Counted from the first letter of the stretch, positions 1 to 33,400 are shown. The stretch: DNA of 64,000 nt from Diadema antillarum (GCF_040938485.1 NW_027272205.1:186001-250000); one strand, 5' to 3'. A program made the numbers and translations. Notes: a model not told the origin generated them from the sequence alone.

Positions 1-1589
1 GTATTTCTCAGTGATGTCCAGCATGACATCGGTGCAGAGCAATTAGTTTCTCCTCCATTTATAACACTTTCCTGGATCTGGTACATTGAGGGCTTTGTGT
101 ACATCAACAGCAGATCTTCCCCCACGCAGAGACCATAATTTATATCCCAGAATCTGCAAGGACACTGCTTTCTACAAGGTTTAACTTACATCATATTTTT
201 TATGAATTTCAATATTACAAACTTCCATCTTCTCTAAAACAATAGATTGTTTACCTGTAACAGGTATTTACATTAAATTATCATTCTTCTCCTAATATGC
301 AAAAGAAGGCAGAGCTGCAATTTGCTGTGTATTTTCCGCTGGTTCATTCAGGAGTGACCTTTGCCATGTACACAAGCATGTTCCATTACAACCTGTGCAA
401 AACGGCATGATATGTCCTGCCGTGTTTGCTTAGTGAGGATACCTTATCTCATGTGTGCTGGGCTTATACTGTCCAGAGGATAACATCTGACAAATGGAAC
501 CAAAGTGCATATGGTAATCTAGTAACAGATGACAGGCACTATTCAAGACATCCGTCCTATCAAGTTTCAAGAACCTTAATCCTATAAGATGTATAAATTG
601 TGTAGCAAGATGAGAGCAAGTTGGCAAGCATACTTCTATGCAACTTTGATATAGCCCTAGTATATTCATCACTACAGCTAACATACTATTTGGGATGACT
701 ATTGAATGTGATTACACAACAGGGCAAACACTATTGAATGTGATTGTATCATGAATGGCAATCAAATGTTATCATATCTACACAATAAAAATAAAGAAAA
801 TATGTCAAGCAAATCTAGATTTTAAAAGTTTTTATATATACCATTAAAAGTCATAAAAAGTCTAACAATTCTATACTTTCAGTGGGCTTTTTTTTTTAAT
901 GCACAAATTTGACGCAGGTGTTATATGCAAGGTAAGACATTTGTAGCATTATGCATCTCATGAGTCAGTGATCTCTAAAACAGCAAGTACTGGCTGTCAC
1001 AGAAAACTGGTCACTCCCTTCAGTCTGCTGATTGAAATTGAGGAAGATGTCCAAAATTTGGACAGTAACCTGTCAATTATCATTGTCTCAACTTAAGTTG
1101 TTTTGAATGTGATATGAGAACTTTCAATGTACAAACATTGTTGTACCAGAAATTGATTGCCTGCTCAGACACCCAAACATTTGATTGTTCTACAGCTTTA
1201 ATCTGTTCATCAAGATGCACTATACCGGTACTATTTAAAAATGTACAGAATTTTATTACACGGCATTACAGCTGGGCAGATTTGAGGTTTCACTATTATA
1301 TCCCTTTCGTGCCTTCTGCCACAGACTGCTGTTGCTTTATGACAGATTTGGCTTTGGATGTGAATAGAGTTAAACTGCAAGGTGTTATTGCCATCATGTA
1401 TGGTAACAGCTGGGATTGGAGTATTCCAGGGTATTTGATAGCAGCTCCTGTCTACACAAATCCCAATAGGTATGACCTTTGACACTATGGGGACCGTGAC
1501 CTTAGCTCTGATCTAGGGGCTAGACTTGTCATCTCCTTGTCTGGAACAAAACCCTGGTTCTTACATTACAGTTTGCCATAATTCCATGC

Positions 1590-1622
1590 TTCTGTGTTTG
1601 TGTGTGTGTGTGTGTGTGTGTG
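1590..1622. repeat. (GT)n microsatellite
   Basis: Pure GT dinucleotide run. Confidence 0.9.
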
Positions 1623-2792
1623 CATGTGCACATGTAAGATCATAGAAAAGGGTTAAATTTTGGTTTAGGAGTAAAATACCTTCAGATTGTAGGCAGTTGT
1701 TGTTTGTTTCATTGTTTGCATCTGCTTGCATTTTTTTTTAGTTGTATTTTTTTTTATTTCAAGGGAGCTATTATAACCTACAGCTCGATCATGTAGTCCA
1801 CGTGGCTAAATTTCCATTATCAGCACTTCTTGCAAAATGCTATATGTTCTAAGTTGCAGAGTCAGAATGTACTATCAATCTCTCAATTCATTTAGACCCC
1901 AACAAAATTATCTTATGAATGACAACATTAAAAGACAAATATCAAGACATAAAAACAAACTCATGATAAAGTAAGTTACAACTTAACCATCTGTGTCCTT
2001 TGAGTGTCAATTGGCACAGAAAACTTATAGCACTGTACACATTCTCCAAAGTCTCAAAGGGTTGAGGAAAACAATATTCCTCTGATTGAAGGTTTTACTT
2101 CTACTTCTTTTTTTGTACTAGTATTGAATTAACAGATGTGCTTTGCCTATATGACAGGTCTTCATGAGACTATCTAAAAAGATGTAATGCCAGAAAGCAT
2201 AGCAGAGAAAAATAACACTATTAAATCAGCTAAGAGTAAAGACTATGGTACGGAAACTGAAATGAACCCTGGTCAGGATCTATTTACAGAGAACATCTTG
2301 AGTGGCCTCTTGGAATGTTTGACAGCACTCGAGTATATCTTGCTCTTTGAATTGGAACCCCACACTATACACTGCATGTACGATGTGGATTTGCTATTAC
2401 TAATGAGGGAATCGCAGAAGGCCCACAGTATAAACTGAATGGAAAAGATTACTGAACAAGTAAATAAACCAATTGCTAAAATATCATTTGGGGAAATGTG
2501 GACTGCTGAGGGAGATGATATTTACATTGCGTCAGTGAGGGGGGAGGGGATATATTGACAGATCTCTTGATGAATGAAGTAGGGATGGACGAATGACTAG
2601 GGCATGTGAAAATAAAGCACAGAGGCAAATGCTACATATGCTTCATAGCAGGGATGTACACAAACCCATTATTCATACCAAATGGAGGCTGTCATGACGT
2701 CTAACGTTGGACAGCTTCTCATATTCTTTTTTTCCTCTTTTGAGTACAGTTGCACGCTCTACCTAAGAGCCAGCCTTCATACATCTATAAAG

Positions 2793-2988
2793 TACTGTAA
2801 AAGTGGAAATTGCAGTGTTGAAATTTTCGTGCATTTCGCGCAACGAGAAACTAGCGCGAAAATATTTTTGCTTGCACTGTGTTCCAGTAGTTGATGTCTT
2901 GACTCTGTGCAATTAAAAACACGCGAAACTCTTCTTTACAGGCCGAGCACGAAAAATTAGTCATGCGAAGATATCCACTTTTACAGTA
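2793..2988. mobile_element. MITE with TA target duplication (Tc1/mariner-type, non-autonomous)
   Basis: Inverted ends TACTGTAAAAGTGGA (2793-2807) and TCCACTTTTACAGTA (2974-2988); internal CGCGAAA motifs; same architecture as 38758-38968. Confidence 0.75.
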
Positions 2989-3241
2989 CTAGACAATGAG
3001 CTTTTAAACCATATCACAAGTTTTGAAGAGAATAAGAGAGGAGCTCTGAATTGAGGTGGGGTTTCCTTTTTTACCACAGAGCTTTATGTTGATCTACGTT
3101 ATAATGATGCACACTGACACCTATTCCATCTTAAGATTCTTACAGACTTCTACAGCAACTTATTTACCTTGCCTTTTAAAAAGCAAGAAGAGTTCAAATT
3201 CACATCAAGATAGAATGTGCACAAGTCATACTACAGACTTA

Positions 3242-22536
<19,295 letters not shown>

Positions 22537-23457
22537 CTTGGATCTTGCAAACATTGCCTTGCCAAATACATCCACAGCAGAACCTAGTTACTGGACACCA
22601 GTCACCCTCTTTCTTCGACGTTGTCTGCGTTGCGTCAGTTCTGTATTCGATTTCACTTTATACGCCGCAAAATTGTGTCTGCATCATCATCACCTTGTCC
22701 TTAGCTTCATGTCTTTTTTTACAGCCAACACTACTTACGGGCAACACTACAACTAGCGATAGCAAATTCTCTCTTGCCGCATTTGCGATCACTGTTGTCG
22801 GGCCCATACGGTAACATCCTCCGGAGCGGCCAGGGGAACTCCGTGTCACAACAACGTCCTTCTCCAACCCGACCCACACATCACACTCACCGGATTGTCG
22901 GCGCGTAGAGAGTGGATCCTGATGTACACACACACACACACAGCATACAATCCTGTATCAAGTTATTCTCGACGATAAACGTCGTAAGCACTCATTCATT
23001 CCACGGCCACGTTGGATGACGCATACCGTCTTTAGTTGTTGTTGTTGTTTTTTTTTCTGCGCCACGCACAGGAGGGGGCGTGGTCCATCCAGTTTTTAGT
23101 GAGGCGTTGGAGTGTTGTATGAGCAGGGAGCGGAGGTGGAAAGCGTCTCCCTGGTATGAGAAAAATCTCTACCAACGTGTTCGTATACTAGTAACGAGGT
23201 TTAGTAAATGTTGTAGTGATTAGTGATTTACCATTTTGCCGGGGGGGGGGGGGGGGGGGAATAGTCTGAAATTGGTACTTTTCGCGGAAATCAACTGTAC
23301 AAAGAATAAACTAGAACCAAGCTTACACAATTGGTCTAGCTAGCATGACCGTCATTTCATTCCGAGACCCAAACGAAAGTAGAAGAAATTTTGAGAGGTA
23401 AAGTTAGAGGGAGAGTTATACTTAGTAGTTGGGGAGCGCATCAAAGAATTAGAGCAC

Positions 23458-23460
<3 letters not shown>

Positions 23461-23530
<70 letters not shown>
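23461..23530. repeat. (TG)n microsatellite
   Basis: 70 nt of pure TG. Confidence 0.95.
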
Positions 23531-23531
<1 letters not shown>

Positions 23532-24702
23532 TTTTATACATACATTTTCTTTGTATGTTAAAAATGTGATTCAGCAGCACAAGTGAGAAGAATACAGATG
23601 TGTAAAATTGTTCATACTTATTCTGTTGTGAAAATGATGCTAATATTGAATGGAGAATATTATTAAATAGTTTGTGTCTTTATGTGATTGAAGGTGAAAG
23701 ATGCTCATCAAGAGATGAATGTAAATCATGAGAAGCAAGGATATTTTTCTTGAATTAAAAGAAGATAAATAAAAGATCGTTATTGTACACTTTATAGCTA
23801 TCAAGAGTATACCATCATAAAATCCCCAAGCTTCAAATTTCTCACACTGATGAAATGCTCCTACCAGTAATTCAAAGTAAGTGGAGCTACATTTAAAGTA
23901 TGTATAGTCAGTGAGTTGCAGGATTATATCATTCGATATACTCTGCACATATTTAAGCCATGAATAATGATTCTCTAGCAACATGATAATAGATATTGTT
24001 GTGGCTTTGAAGGGAAAAGACTGCACGGACAAGCAATGCGTTCAACTCACGCTGTCTTAATGAGTTTCACAACGGACTTGTTCCTTTCCTTTGTCTTGAT
24101 AAATCAGCGTCTTTACCATAAAACACGATGACAAACAACAGAATGAATTAGATCCATATGCAGAATAATATCTCAACAGGACTACATTAGGCTCTACAAA
24201 TTAGTCAATCATTGAAATTTCTGGCAAGTGGTCAGATATTGCAGTAGATTTTAGTTTCAGGAAATTGTGCTCAATATGGCTTGCAACTACTACCAGTTTT
24301 CCCATTTCCCACATGTTGCTTAACTTATGGCCACAATGCAGTCCAAGTGCAGAGCTACCAAGTCTCACGCAGAATGCGTGAGACTCAAGCATTTAGGGGC
24401 CATCTCACGATCTCACGCATGACACCCATTTTTCTCACGCATCGGGCGAAGTCTGCAACTTGGGCCTATTATAATGAGCATATATGGATAGCTCAAAAGA
24501 TTAAAGTGATAGTTGCAATTGAAGGTATATTTCCCTTTTGTCTTTCAAAATATCAAGAGCTAAAAATATTAAGAGCTAAAAATATTAAGAGCTAAAAATA
24601 TTAAGAGCTAAAAATTGAAAAAGCTCCCTACCGTGGGAGGCCACGGGGGAGGGGGGGGGGGGGGGGGTGGGGGGGGGACCCCTCCCACACCCTCGCTCGC
24701 GT

Positions 24703-27700
24703 CACTGGCGTAGCCAGGGGGGGGGCGATGGGGGCGATCGCCCCCCCTAAGATTTGGACCGGGGATTTGGGAGGCGGAAAAAAAAATGCGTGTATACTGT
24801 ATGCATGCACATGAAGCGGGTCTCCTTTGCAACCTTTCATCAAATAAGATATTTTTTGAATATTTCACTCAAAGTGTGCACCAGATCGTTGAATTTCAAT
24901 TCAAAATATGCAAAATCTCTCGTGCTTGGGAGGGGGTATCCCCCTCCCAAACCCTCCCCCTCTGTGCCTCTTTCCCTAGCTTAGTACACTTTTTAGATTT
25001 ACAAAAAAATTATGAATAAGTCTGAGTGCACAAGACTTATCACATACCTTCAAAAAACTCAAGGTTCCCTCATGTATAAGGGGAATTTCCCCTTTTAATC
25101 GACCCTTTCCTCCCTCAGTCCCCTCCCCCATCAGTTTTTTTTTTTTTTTTTTTTTTGATTTCCCAAATGTTGATTCCATCAAATATGCGTATACGAGATA
25201 TCTCAATTTCAACCTTAAAAAGGCAAAAGCTCCATCGGAAGGGAAAGGTGGAGATAACACTCGTCCACGCCTTCTCCCTGCTCACCCGCCCCTCCCCCCC
25301 CCCCCCCCCCCCCCCCCCTCCGCCATGCATAGAAGTAGACTGTGGCTATACACAGATCGCTTTATTTCAATTCTAAAAACGCAAAAGCTCCGCGAGCGGG
25401 AGGCGGAATTCCCCTTCCCCTAAGCTCTACCTCACTAGACTTTATACACTGACACACAGATGGTGCACATTCGGAATAAGAGCTAAATTCCGTGATTTTA
25501 ACACTTCGATGAAAAAGTATTGCACCAAAAATTTGCACCAGATCGCTGAATTTCAGGTCTGAAAACGCAAAATCCCCTTCGTGTGGGAGGGGATATGCCC
25601 CTATCTACAACCTCGTGTGCATGCTTTTTCTGTTTGATTGCTGAACAGACAGCGTTCATGATATTCAGTGTAAGAATTAATACAAGAAGTGTATTTAAAT
25701 ATAGGCAAATTGTTCAATGATAATCTACATCAAAATATACTGCAACCTTAAACAAGTGGGACTGTTTCAACTCGTTAAAACACGCAAAAGCATGCATCAA
25801 GTTGCACCATTTGCAACATCAAAATGCAAAAAGTTCTCACCGTGGGAGGGGGTACACCCCCTCCCACACCCTCCCCCTCCTCCTTCGCTCGCTCCGCTCG
25901 CTCGGGTTCAGTCGCGTTCATGATATTCAGTGAAAAGAATTAATACAAGAAGATTATTTTAATGATACCATTTTATAGGCAAATTGTTCAATGATAATCT
26001 ACATCAAAATAAACTGCTACCTTACACTAATGTTACTGTTTCACGTCGATAAAACGCGCAAAAACATGCATCAAACTGCATCATTTGCAACATCAAAATG
26101 CAAAAAGTTCTCACCGTGGGAGGGGGGACACCCCCTCCCACACCCTCCCCTCTCCCTTCGCTCGCTCCGCTTGCTCGGGTTCAGTCGCGTTCATGATTTT
26201 CAGTGAAAAGAATTAATACAAGAAGTGTATTTAAATCATACCATATTATAGGCAAATTGTTCAATGATAATCTACATCAAAATATACTGCTGCCTTACAC
26301 TAATGTTACTGTTTCACGTCGATAAAACGCGAAAAAACATGCATCAAATTGCACCATTGCAACATCAAAATGCAAAAAGTTCTCACCGTGGGAGGGGGGA
26401 CACCCCCTCCCACACCCTCCCCCTCCCCCTTCGCTCGCTCCGCTCGCTCGGGTTCAGTCGCGTTCATGATATTCAGTGAAAAGAATTAATACAAGAAGAT
26501 TATTCAAATTGATACCATTTTATATGCAAATTGTTCAATAATAATCTACATCAAAATATACTGCTACCTTACACTAATGTTACTGTTTCACGTCGATAAA
26601 ACGCGCAAAAACATGCATCAAACTGCATCATTTGCAACATCAAAATGCAAAAAGTTCTCACCGTGGGAGGGGGGGACACCCCTCCCACACCCTCCCCTCT
26701 CCCTTCGCTCACTCCGCTTGCTCGGGTTCAGTCGCGTTCATGATATTCAGTGAAAAGAATTAATACAAGAAGTGTATTTAAATCATACCATACTATAGGC
26801 AAATTGTTCAATGATAATCTACATCAAAATATACTGCTGCCTTACACTAATGTTACTGTTTCACGTCGATAAAACGCGCAAAAACATGCATCAAATTGCA
26901 TCATTTGCAACATCAAAATGCTAAAAGTTCTCACCGTGGGAGGGGGGACACCCCCTCCCACACCCTCCCCTCTCCCTTCGCTCGCTCCGCTTGCTCGGGT
27001 TCAGTCGCGTTCATGATATTCAGTGAAAAGAATTAATACAAGAAGTGTATTTAAATCATACCATATTATAGGCAAATTGTTCAATGATAATCTACATCAA
27101 AATATACTGCAACCTTAAACAAGTGGGACTGTTTCAACTCGTTAAAACACGCAAAAACATGCATCAAGTTGCACCATTTGCAACATCAAAATGCAAAAAG
27201 TTCTCACCGTGGGAGGGGGTACACCCCCTCCCACACCCTCCCCCTCCTCCTTCGCTCGCTCCGCTCGCTCGGGTTCAGTCGCGTTCATGATATTCAGTGA
27301 AAAGAATTAATACAAGAAGATTATTTTAATGATACCATTGTATAGGCAAATTGTTCAATAATAATCTACATCAAAATAAACTGCTACCTTACACTAATGT
27401 TACTGTTTCACGTCGATAAAACGCGCAAAAACATGCATCAAACTGCATCATTTGCAACATCAAAATGCAAAAAGTTCTCACCGTGGGAGGGGGACACCCC
27501 CTCCCACACCCTCCCCTCCCCCCCTCGCTCGCTCCGCTTGCTCGGGTTCAGTCGCGTTCATGATATTCAGTGAAAAGAATTAATACAAAAAGTGTATTTG
27601 AATTATACCATTTTATAGGCAAATTGTTCAATAATAATCTACATCAAAATAAACTGCTACCTTAAACAAGTGGGACTGTTTCACGTCGATAAAACGCGCA

Positions 27701-27883
27701 AAAGCATGCATCAAATTGCACCATTTACAACATCAAAATGCAAAAAGTTCTCACCGTGGGAGGGGGGGACACCCCCCTCCCACACCCTCCCCCCCTCGCT
27801 CGCTCCGCTCGCTCGGGCTCGGTCGCTTCGCTCCCTCGCAGACTAACCGCCCCCCCTAAGATGAAATCCTGGCTACGCCGTTG
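24703..27883. mobile_element. Non-autonomous hAT-type element carrying a tandem array
   Basis: TIRs CACTGGCGTAGCCAGG and CCTGGCTACGCCGTTG (14/16); exact 8-bp TSD GCTCGCGT at 24695-24702 and 27884-27891; no transposase ORF. Confidence 0.85.
25652..27830. repeat. Tandem array of about eight ~273-bp units
   Basis: Recurring TTCATGATATTCAGTGAAAAGAATTAATACAAG ... CCGTGGGAGGGGG ... CGCTCGCTCCGC units; repeated short ORFs at 25717, 25991, 26264 and 27084 give the period. Confidence 0.95.
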
Positions 27884-28176
27884 GCTCGCGTGCACATATG
27901 CATGCCGAGATGCCGAGTCATGAAAATCTCACTCATAATTTTTTTTTTGAACTTGGCATCCCTGCAAGTGCAGTAAGAAAAAGATGTGGAAATGCATCGA
28001 TTTTGTATACTCTGTGCAATTCTTTAACAAAAGATTGAACTATGATGGCAGATTTAATGAAACTTTATGCTGTGCTTTGCTTCACTACAAAATAATTATA
28101 AAGACAGCATAGATCATGGTCTATGAACACAGCACACATCATGGTCTAAGATAGTGTATGTGACAACATTTTAAAC

Positions 28177-28408
28177 ATGTGAAGAGTTTGTTTGCAAAAA
28201 CCGATAAGTCCATTTTTGAAGATTTTGAAGTACGGTCTCTGTCATTAAGTACAAAATAATACCTTTTAAATGATATATTGGTCACTACATGTAAAGGTAC
28301 ATTTTTGAAGTTATAGTCAAAAGAAGCATTTTTTTTTAATTATTCTCTTTATTTTTCGTGACCTACGAAATATGGACTTATCGGTTTTTGTGAACAAACT
28401 CTTCATAT
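28177..28408. mobile_element. MITE with ~37-bp TIRs, followed by a 3'-truncated second copy at about 28598-28790
   Basis: ATGTGAAGAGTTTGTTTGCAAAAACCGATAAGTCCAT at the left and its near-perfect reverse complement at 28372-28408; the internal sequence is repeated from 28598. Confidence 0.7.
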
Positions 28409-29649
28409 AAGTACATAATTTGTATTTGAAGCATGCGTTTTGTGTTATGCATGTGTTTTTATTTTCAATTGTCAAACAATATGAATTGTCATATTCATTC
28501 TTTGCATTATGTATTGTTTTTGTTGAAATGAAATAAAGTATGCTATACTTGAATTGAAGACCTGAATATAAGAACGACCCAAGTCCAATTTTTGGCCAAA
28601 TGAAGAGTTTGTTCACAAAAACCGATAAGTCCATTTTTGAAGATTTTGAAGTACGGTTTCTGTCATAAAGTACAAAATAATACCTTTTAAATGATATATT
28701 GGTCACTACATAATATAAAGGTACATTTTTGAAATTATGGTCAAATGAAGCAAAAAAAATTCTTATTATTCTCCTTACTTTTCTTGCTACCCGACGTGAC
28801 GCGCGCACGGCCTACTGCACATCACACGGGCTGTTGTAGCTCCCAGAACTCCTATCCGTGATGTGCATAATTATATGTGGCATACAAAAGAGGTTTACAT
28901 TAGATTCTGTTTTAGGTGGCACAGCTACGCAATCCGGTCGAGGCAGTGGTGACTATTTGATGACACAAAACTGAATTTCCTGAATTCAACCGACCTGGAA
29001 CGCAGGTAGGTGACAAACCGTCTAGTATAAGTAGATCTAGCTGCTGTTTGCGTCGCTGATAGAAAGATTGATATATTAATCCATGCCCATGCTGTTTACG
29101 AACCGAAATAACCCGGCTTTTAGCTTTTTTTAGTTTTATGCGTTTCATTCGTGTAGTCCCAAATATATATAATTTCGTTAGTCATGATTCAACTTCACCG
29201 ATTCGGCAACAAGCACGGCACACAATTTTCTTTGTGAAGCGATAGAGTGAGTTTCCAAAGAACACTTGGGTCAAAGAATACTAGGAAAGAGTTGAATACT
29301 AGGGTATGTAGAAACTTGTATGATTATGCGGCGTTTGCTAATTAATAGACCATCCATACATGATGAAATTGGTAGATTCCACTTTCCAATTGGTTGGACT
29401 TTGAACATGGACTTGAAGTGAGTTGAACTTAAGAAGATAAACACCAAACTGTAGTAGCCTAGTGTAGTGTAGTGTGCAAGTGTAACCGCACCAGCGACCC
29501 TAACCCCAGGGCGCTCTTTCTACACGGTGTGTGTTGGGGCTGGTGGCAGTTACAGCGACCCCAACACACGCTAGTTACAGCCACAGCGCCCCGCGCCGGG
29601 GTTAAATGAATTGCTGATGTGATAGTGCTGTGTTACATGTAGATTGTAG

Positions 29650-29997
29650 TTTTGTTTTGTTTTGTTCTTTTTTTTGGGCGGTCACTTCAACGGCTTGGCA
29701 CCCTCCTCTTTGTCATGTCATGAATGAATGAAGCAGGATTTTTTACATGCATGAGTTGTGACTCCCTCACACATACAAATAGGACCTCAATTCTGTGCTA
29801 GCCGTTGCGATATGAGGGACAGAGTGGTTTTGCCCCTTTATGTATGTAGCATGTTGACAATATTGACAATAGAAACGTTGAGGGGACTGGGGACAGGATG
29901 ATAACACACAATTGCTCAGTGAGACTCGGGAATTGAACCTGGGTCTTTTGGGTCTGGAGGCAGACGTACAGACGCGCTGTCGACTGAGCCAAGTCAC
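29650..29997 (-). mobile_element. tRNA-derived SINE
   Basis: Minus strand has A box TGGCTCAGTCG, B box GGTTCAATTCC, a non-tRNA body and an A-rich/(AAAAC)n tail at 29650-29675. Confidence 0.75.
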
Positions 29998-30475
29998 TGT
30001 CCTTACTCTTGCTCTAATTCTGAACATGAAAATCATATAGGTGTGTGTTTTTGTTTAAAAGTGGGATCCAGACTTTCAGACTTGGTATATTTCTCATTAT
30101 TGTCTTTACCAAGTCAGAGTGTGAAATTTTAAGGGGATCATTGGTCATGTATTCACATGGATTATAAAGCAGAATTCAGAAAATCACTTGAGACAATGCT
30201 ACTAAATTGTTACTAGCTACTACTAGTAGTAGCACTACATGTATAATTATGTACAGCCCTTTTACTGTACACAATGTGCTTTGCACGGCATCTGGTCAGG
30301 CTGCTACTATTACTACTACTAGAAACTGTCTAGTACTTAGTAGTAGTAGTACTAACCTTACAGCAAGATTTGCTAAAAATACTCCCCAAAAGAGTATTTA
30401 ACATTTCATGTACATTGTATTTTCATTCAGGCTTTGATTCTACAACCAGCTGCTTGTGCTCTGACCAAAACAATC

Positions 30476-33400
30476 ATGGCACAGCTCATAAACAGTGTGG
30501 TGGTTTCGATCATCTCCACTCTCCTCTTTTGGAATGTGGCATCAGAATCATGGACATCAAGCAAATACATTGCAGAGTGTGGTTACTCGCTTCCTCCTTC
30601 TTTTCTCTGTGACCCTGACAATATTTTGGATGACCCAAGTGAGTGCATAAGTTTAATCTTTTAAGTTATCATTTGCAGGTACTTCTAAGAAAATTTTTAT
30701 GTTTTTCTTTGCTAATTATAAATGTTTTCCTTTTCATTGCTCAATAAATGATTATGGTAATGTCTACAACAATTTAAAAAAAAAATTCATCTACTTTTAA
30801 GCTCATTTTCCTCACAGTTGTGTCATATACTGTACGTCATGATGCTCTCATTTTCTTATCCAGTTAGCTTCCAGCTGGGAAGAGACAATATATTGCATTT
30901 ATGTTATAGTGTCCAACTTTTTTTTTTACATCTAATCATTGGTCTTGTCATGGACACAACTATATTCTACTTCGGTGTATTTAATCCCAATGTTAATGGC
31001 TACAGCCAGAACATGCATTGTTTGCTTTTAGTTTCAGTATGAGTAATGATGTGATGATATGGTGTTATTGTCCCAGGGTAGCTAGCCTCTTCAATGTTAG
31101 CGCTGTTCTTTCAGAGGTTTCTGCAATCATCATTACTCACACATTGCCAGGAACTCTTTTTAGCACCTGGATTGGGATGGACATGATGGATAAAGACATC
31201 CTGTTTAAGAAATTGGCACTTGGCAAGACTTGAACTCAGGGCCTCCATGTCAAAGTCAAGAGCCATATGTAATTCATCAGGCTTTGGTTTACCTAAAACT
31301 CGAATGAAATTGATTAGATATTCCATCATATAACCTGCAGCCAGTGAAACCGCAAGTCAGCTAGCAGAAATCAACAGCAACAACACGGAGGGCGTTATTT
31401 ACTGGAAGGAGGGGCAGTATGTCGAATTCTTCTATGGCTACACAATTGCAGCCACCGTTGTGGGCAGCATCGAACCAGAAGAGAATGAGTAAGACACAGC
31501 ATTATATTAATATTCTATATCAGGTGTTTGCCTCTGTCCTCTGGAATTCATGCATCTCAGACTTTCCATTGCCTTTACTGTGAGTACTTTAATGGGGGTA
31601 CTTTACCCAAAATAGTGTATGCAGACAGATTCTGTGAAGGCAGAAATAGTAGCAGTACATGCAAGTTAAATTTGGGGAAATCTGCCAGTCTGCTCAAACA
31701 TTGTATGAATTTTTAAGTTTTGGTTAGATCCATGTGGCGTTGTCCATGGAAAAGAAGATTGCAATAATTTGTGATGTCACAGTAAAACAAGGATAAAATG
31801 AGTATACAAAGAGAATTCGACATAATATGATTTTTTTGACAAGCACAATGAGAGAGCACCTTTCTCTTTCAGTAGCCAAAGGAACAATATTACCCGTAAT
31901 ATGTCCGAAACAAGTCACAGAAATGTGTAGTTTTTACAAAAATGTAAATTTTGATAATTTTCTATATGTTTTCTTTATAATAGCTCTGCATATGAATGCA
32001 CACATGTATATGGGTTAGATTCCCCTTGAACAACACTTTGTTTCAAATTCAGCAACAGGATAGAGTACTATTTGCAAAGTTTAATGCAAAAAAAATCAAG
32101 ATTCAGTCAATGGAATGCAATGGCTTGAAGTAATATGTCATGGCATATCAAAAGCGAGTGTTGCGAGTATCTAGATAAAACAATGAAACAAACACAAGTA
32201 ACTCCTGTAGGTGGCTAGTCAGTCTTATGACATTGTTTCTTTGTTTTGCCCACAGAACTCCTGACCAGAGTATAAAAAGATTTGGGGAGGCAGTGCAGAA
32301 AGATTGGTTTGGTCACCGAAAATGTGATAACTCCACTCTTGTGCTACTCACTCTGAATTCCTCAAAGGTAAGACTCAAGTTGAAATCAGTCGAGATGGCA
32401 TGTCAGATTTCCTTATGATTCTGATTGCATAACGATGTATTTGGTCGGCAGTGAAGAGGGTAGGTTTGATGTAGGTCTGGTGAGAAGAGAGTTCTGAATC
32501 CGGTTGTCCCGCTTCATCCTGATAATAGATTCATGTGTAAATGTATTTTAGGTTGCCATGTGATTTTATAGGTATCTAATTGGCCATGATCTTGCAAAAC
32601 TATGTACATTATCTCATTTGTGACAATTTGGAGATATTAAAAGTTTATATGCTTGCTGATTTTCATATAGCAGTTTATATAAATTGGGATTGTGTTCTGT
32701 ACCAAAAAGTGAAAGTATATTTTTTATGTAATTCAAAATATGAATTCCTCATCAAATCTTTAGAGATATTTTACTTTTATTTTGTTAAGATGATGGGCAA
32801 TTCCGCGGTTAATAATGTTACATTTGAACAAATTTAGATATTTGTTTTTACTACAAAATTACCATTTATTCATTTCAAGTCAAAATTATGTCAAAAACAT
32901 ATTCATCCTTCCCATGTTTATGATACAGAAAAGAATGAATACAATCCAAGAAATATTAGAATTGCTATGGCAACTTAAAGGGCTGGTTAGTAACGTTACG
33001 AAAAAAGGACATGACAAAAAAATCAATGTCTTGTAACAAAAAGTGTGCAAAAATTCAAGTTACTTCAAACAAAGTGTTGCAGTAATTTCAATTATTGCAT
33101 CATGACAAATGTTCATGCAAATTTTTTTAGCAGTTCGACCGATAATTTTTTAGCTAGACCCCCAAAAGCATGGTTAGTAACGTTACGGTTAGTAACGTTA
33201 CATTTGTCCAGAGTAATTCCGCAGGTCATTTCACCCTTTTGTAATTGACAAAATGTCACATGACTTCTGGAGTATTTAAATGTATTCATCTTTTACCCTT
33301 TAGCAAAGCTTTGAGGAAAAAATTTCAAAGGAACCCACTGTAATTTGCATTTAAGTGAATTTCAGCATCCCCAGTCCCACATGTACAGTTTAGATGATGG

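Larger units (their letters stand above)
24350..27964. mobile_element. Older MITE-like host element interrupted by the 24703-27883 insertion
   Basis: Imperfect inverted ends CAGAGCTACCAAGT and ACTTGGCATCCCTG (11/14); flanking direct repeat CAAGTG, extendable to CAAGTGCAG; internal 16-bp tandem AAGAGCTAAAAATATT about 3.7 times near 24555-24615. Confidence 0.55.

Noticed and set aside
1114-2438. Plus-strand ORFs of 122 and 83 aa that could be nested exons
   Set aside because: Weak or inconsistent splice sites, no recognisable homology, and no coherent gene model.
25652-27830. Regularly spaced repeats and repeated ~70-aa ORFs suggesting a CRISPR array or gene cluster
   Set aside because: Whole units are repeated with no unique spacers, inside a eukaryotic transposon; the ORFs vary by frameshifts in homopolymers.
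29925-29997. Possible tRNA-Trp gene
   Set aside because: The anticodon arm is disrupted by a duplication, the acceptor stem is imperfect, and it continues into a SINE body with an A-rich tail.
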